28,348 nucleotides of DNA. Source: an uncultured virus (IMG/VR IMGVR_UViG_3300048911_000053) (lineage: Duplodnaviria; Heunggongvirae; Uroviricota; Caudoviricetes). The stretch lies in IMG/VR virus record IMGVR_UViG_3300048911_000053; one strand, given 5' to 3'. Below are positions 25,044 through 28,348 of this stretch, piece after piece. Position 1 is the stretch's first letter; every line of letters starts with the position of its first letter. Position numbers and translations under genes: made by a program. The notes under the pieces were generated by a model. That model had not been told where the DNA came from. It did no database searches and was given only the letters and a program-made list of their open reading frames with translations.

Positions 25044-25835
25044 TTATTTTGATCTTTTTATTGTAGCCGCGAGTACACCACGAATTTTCAATTTACCAGA
25101 CAGAGTTCCGAACCGAGGACCAACAGCCGCAACAATTCCATCTATTCCTGTACCCATTCCAAGAAAGCTTGCTTGAACTTGAACATTAATTTGATTCTGA
25201 GCTTGAAAGTGCGCAGCCATACCACTAAATCCTGTGTAAAGGATTAGTGAATTTTTAGATGAAAGTTCAATGTCAGCATTCATACCACTAAACCCTGCTG
25301 TCACTGTCACAGAATTATATGTAGTTCCTGAAATGTTCGAAGACATTCCAGTAAAGCTTGATGAGATGCTTAATGTTTGACTTGCTGCTTGATTGATTGC
25401 TGCCTTCATTCCAACAAATCCAGTATTCATGGCTGCTGAGAACGATTCAACAGCAGACACGACACATGCCATACCTGTGAATCCGGTAGACACTAATGCT
25501 CTGAATACTTGTTGCGAAGCTATCGAGGAAGATATTCCACTGAATCCAGTAGAAACTTGCAGATTAAATATTTCCTTAGCAGAAATATTGCCCTGCATAC
25601 CTGTGAAGGTTGATGAAATGGAAAGTGATTGGGTTACGTTTCCTAGAATGTTTGCTGACATTCCAGAGAATGAGCTACTAACATTCGTTGTGTATGTTTC
25701 AACACCAACGAACGTAAGAGACATCCCTGCGAAGCCAGAACTAAGAGTCCCCAATAAATTATCAGGGACAACATTGTTCGTAACTTTCCAATTGCCAGTG
25801 CTTATAAAATTATTATCAATGTAATAACCCAACAT
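25044..25835 (-). CDS. putative virion fibre protein with 21-aa FxGM repeats
   Basis: Ten FxG(M/I) motifs at an exact 21-residue period; Ser/Thr/Gly-rich. Confidence 0.65.
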   Translation of the reverse strand: MLGYYIDNNFISTGNWKVTNNVVPDNLLGTLSSGFAGMSLTFVGVETYTTNVSSSFSGMSANILGNVTQSLSISSTFTGMQGNISAKEIFNLQVSTGFSGISSSIASQQVFRALVSTGFTGMACVVSAVESFSAAMNTGFVGMKAAINQAASQTLSISSSFTGMSSNISGTTYNSVTVTAGFSGMNADIELSSKNSLILYTGFSGMAAHFQAQNQINVQVQASFLGMGTGIDGIVAAVGPRFGTLSGKLKIRGVLAATIKRSK

Positions 25836-25866
25836 AGATTCACCTTACGCTGAACTTAGAAGGCTA

Positions 25867-26259
25867 TTACGGATTTCCGTAAGTAATAGTACCTGACGTT
25901 ACTGCTACCAAAGCATTCTGAGAAATATTAACTGAGTTCAGGTTTACATCTGCACCGGAAACACCTACAGACATATCCATGATGAAAGTGTTATCTGATT
26001 TAACGACTCTTGCCCATGTAGCAATACCATTTGCTAAAGCGTTAACTGAAGCAACTGCTGCCAGTGTCAGTGTTGCTCCACTCGAAGCTCCAGTGAAAGG
26101 AGGTGAACCAAGTGTAAATTCAGCCAAGAGGTTTGTTGCAGTACCACCGGTAGCCGGACGTGTACCATCATAAATACGGAGTTTAGCCGCATTGCCCATT
26201 TGAGCTGGAAGAACATCTAATTGAGCATTACGGAGAGCCAAGCTTGCGCCAATAGCCAT
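25867..26259 (-). CDS. putative small virion structural protein
   Basis: LRIYDGTRPA, GIATWAR, DMSVGVSGADVNL; AAGGT RBS; late operon. Confidence 0.65.
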   Translation of the reverse strand: MAIGASLALRNAQLDVLPAQMGNAAKLRIYDGTRPATGGTATNLLAEFTLGSPPFTGASSGATLTLAAVASVNALANGIATWARVVKSDNTFIMDMSVGVSGADVNLNSVNISQNALVAVTSGTITYGNP

Positions 26260-26317
26260 TATTATTTTACCTTTATTATTTTTATAGGAAAGGAATAGGG
26301 CAAGAACTGCCCTATAT

Positions 26318-28345
26318 TTAAGAGAGAGTTACAGGAATTACTGTTGCATAATTCGAATCGGAGGTTTTCTTGAGAAATAACCAACCAGGACCTTGAGAAC
26401 CATTAACTGGTGTGGTTACTAGGACTCCGCCACTGTTCGTAGACGTTGTTCCTGAACCAAGTAACCCGGTTCCCCAGGAGGTCATAATGAACCAGTCGTA
26501 TGAGGTGTTTGCGGAAATAGTGTTTACGTTGTTAACAATGTCATAGAGGGTGACAGTTGCTTGAACACTTGTTGGAGAAATAGTTGTTACATTATAGGTT
26601 CCACTAACTCCACCAATTGTTAATACTGCACTTGTGAGTGTTGATTGCGTTCCAGACGAAATAACTTGAACAACAATAATATCTCCAGATGCAACAGTGC
26701 CTGCTACAGAAGTATATGCGGCACCATTCTTAGAGTAAGTTCCACCAGAAATACTTATTGCAGAGGGAGAGTTGATTCCAGCTACAGTTATTGCATTAGA
26801 ATTGTAAACTGTATTTAGACTTGCTCCTGTGACCGACGTGAAACTGAAAGAATTAGGTATCGTATCCTGTGCAACTGTAGTGCTCTGAAGTGTTTCAGTA
26901 GTCAAACCAACTGTTATTGATGTAGTAATCGTTGTACTGAATGAATTACTACTGACATGTCTGACTTGGAGTGTTGCACCATTCGTAAGTGTTGTATTGG
27001 CACTTGCCCACGCACCACCATTGATCGAGTACTCCCCATTAATAATCTGTACAGAAACTGGACCAGTTATTCCAGAGATGATAACTATGTTCGAAAGAAC
27101 AATCGTAGATAATCCAACATTTGCCTGAGAGCTGAATGTAAACGGATTTGGAGTTCCACCTGTCGATGTATCTTTATTTTTAACAGATGTTGCTGGTGAG
27201 CCTGGATTTCCTGCTGTATCAGTTAAGACAAGAGAAAGAGTTACTGTTCCGTCTGTCAGTGAAGTAGTGTTTATTCCTGTAATCTGTTGCGAAGAACTTG
27301 TAACAGTCCCAGTCCCATTTACAGGTGTACCACCTGTCGAACTTGTAAATGTGTAATCATATGTTGAACCAACCTCAGCACCTGTAAATGTAAAACTAAT
27401 TGCTGATTGATTTGATACATTAATACTTGCTTGATCAATTACAACGGAATAGCCAGAAGGGGATGTAATATCAATGGACTGTGTTGCCGCTGTACCATAT
27501 CCATACCCAGTGCTCCAAATTCTTGCATCAAATGCAGAAATTAAGTTGGAGCTACTTATAAAAGTCCCATCTGAATTAACTGTTATAGCACCAGTACCAA
27601 CTACATTACCCCACATTACCTGATCACCACTTACTAAGTCTGGTGTAGAGGTAATACGGCTTGCTGCTGTTGTATTGGGAGTGCCTATATCAACATAGGA
27701 CCATCCAGCCGGTAAAGTTATAGATGTAATTAGGTATGAACTACTTAAACTATTTACTGGCTCTGTTACGACAAGTGATAAAACTGATCCAAATCTTCCA
27801 TTTACAGTGATAACTATCGATGTTGTTGACTCACTCGTTATTGTTTGAGTGATTCCATCAAGAGTTACAACATTACCACTAGAGGCAAAACCTAGACCTG
27901 TAATAGTTAATGATGTTCCGAATGTAGGATTGTTTGAGCTGACTCCAGTTATGTTTGGAGCTACTGCACTTGTTGTCAAAGTTACTGATGAAGTTGTTCT
28001 ATTTCCATCAGAGTCTTTTAATTGTATCCATGCTTTATAGGTAGCTCCTGCTGTAGCACCTGTATAATTAATTGATCCTGATGTCCCAGAAGCTGTATAT
28101 CCTTTTCTAAATGAGCTGGCATCGAAAGTTGCATCTGCTGGTTGTGAAGCACCGGACGAAGTTACGACTAAAGCGAGGATTGAAACTTTACTTGGTGTAG
28201 CTGAAATTGTGAATGTTGTATTTGCTATATTGCTCGATGAGGGACCAGCGCTGAAAGTAGGAGCTACCGAGTCTGTAGGTCCGGTAGTCGTTCTAACGTA
28301 GGCAAGCCCTGTACCAGCAGTTGTTGTACGTACATAGGCTGTCAT
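26318..28345 (-). CDS. Ser/Thr-rich multi-Ig-like-domain virion protein (tail fibre/adhesin)
   Basis: IPT/TIG-like PNITGVS...GTSLTITGLGF, Big-like TSLTDGTVTLSLVLTDTAGN, two tandem PN.F.F....SN...I.GI...YS.NG repeats; ATG directly follows TAA at the window edge. Confidence 0.7.
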   Translation of the reverse strand: MTAYVRTTTAGTGLAYVRTTTGPTDSVAPTFSAGPSSSNIANTTFTISATPSKVSILALVVTSSGASQPADATFDASSFRKGYTASGTSGSINYTGATAGATYKAWIQLKDSDGNRTTSSVTLTTSAVAPNITGVSSNNPTFGTSLTITGLGFASSGNVVTLDGITQTITSESTTSIVITVNGRFGSVLSLVVTEPVNSLSSSYLITSITLPAGWSYVDIGTPNTTAASRITSTPDLVSGDQVMWGNVVGTGAITVNSDGTFISSSNLISAFDARIWSTGYGYGTAATQSIDITSPSGYSVVIDQASINVSNQSAISFTFTGAEVGSTYDYTFTSSTGGTPVNGTGTVTSSSQQITGINTTSLTDGTVTLSLVLTDTAGNPGSPATSVKNKDTSTGGTPNPFTFSSQANVGLSTIVLSNIVIISGITGPVSVQIINGEYSINGGAWASANTTLTNGATLQVRHVSSNSFSTTITTSITVGLTTETLQSTTVAQDTIPNSFSFTSVTGASLNTVYNSNAITVAGINSPSAISISGGTYSKNGAAYTSVAGTVASGDIIVVQVISSGTQSTLTSAVLTIGGVSGTYNVTTISPTSVQATVTLYDIVNNVNTISANTSYDWFIMTSWGTGLLGSGTTSTNSGGVLVTTPVNGSQGPGWLFLKKTSDSNYATVIPVTLS

Positions 28346-28348
28346 TTA

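Overview
Segment of a lytic tailed dsDNA phage genome. The + strand carries (i) an accessory/stable-RNA region at 1-6.6 kb, (ii) a replication module (primase-helicase, family A DNA polymerase split by a 704-nt group I intron that encodes an EndoVII-like endonuclease, putative SSB, 5'-3' exonuclease, HNH nuclease), (iii) nucleotide-metabolism genes (metallophosphoesterase, HAD nucleotidase, dNMP kinase, MazG-like, ThyX, class II RNR) and (iv) a lone SGNH esterase. The - strand carries the end of a converging virion/lysis module (Ig-like adhesin, 21-aa-repeat protein, GH108 endolysin, holin-like proteins). The most unusual part is 670-4900. It holds five copies of a structured RNA motif (TTTG-N6-TACAGCAA ... 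CAGT) closed by a covarying terminal helix. Two copies enclose circularly permuted tRNAs opened in the anticodon 5' strand and one encloses a tRNA-like fold. They are interleaved with a second set of 100-124-nt structured RNAs, a vWA protein, a RelA/SpoT-type HD hydrolase and a DUF2828 (Ro60/TROVE-like + vWA) protein. I infer a phage-encoded, Y-RNA-like ribonucleoprotein system with a non-canonical binding motif. All calls come from reading motifs by eye; no searches or folding programs were run.
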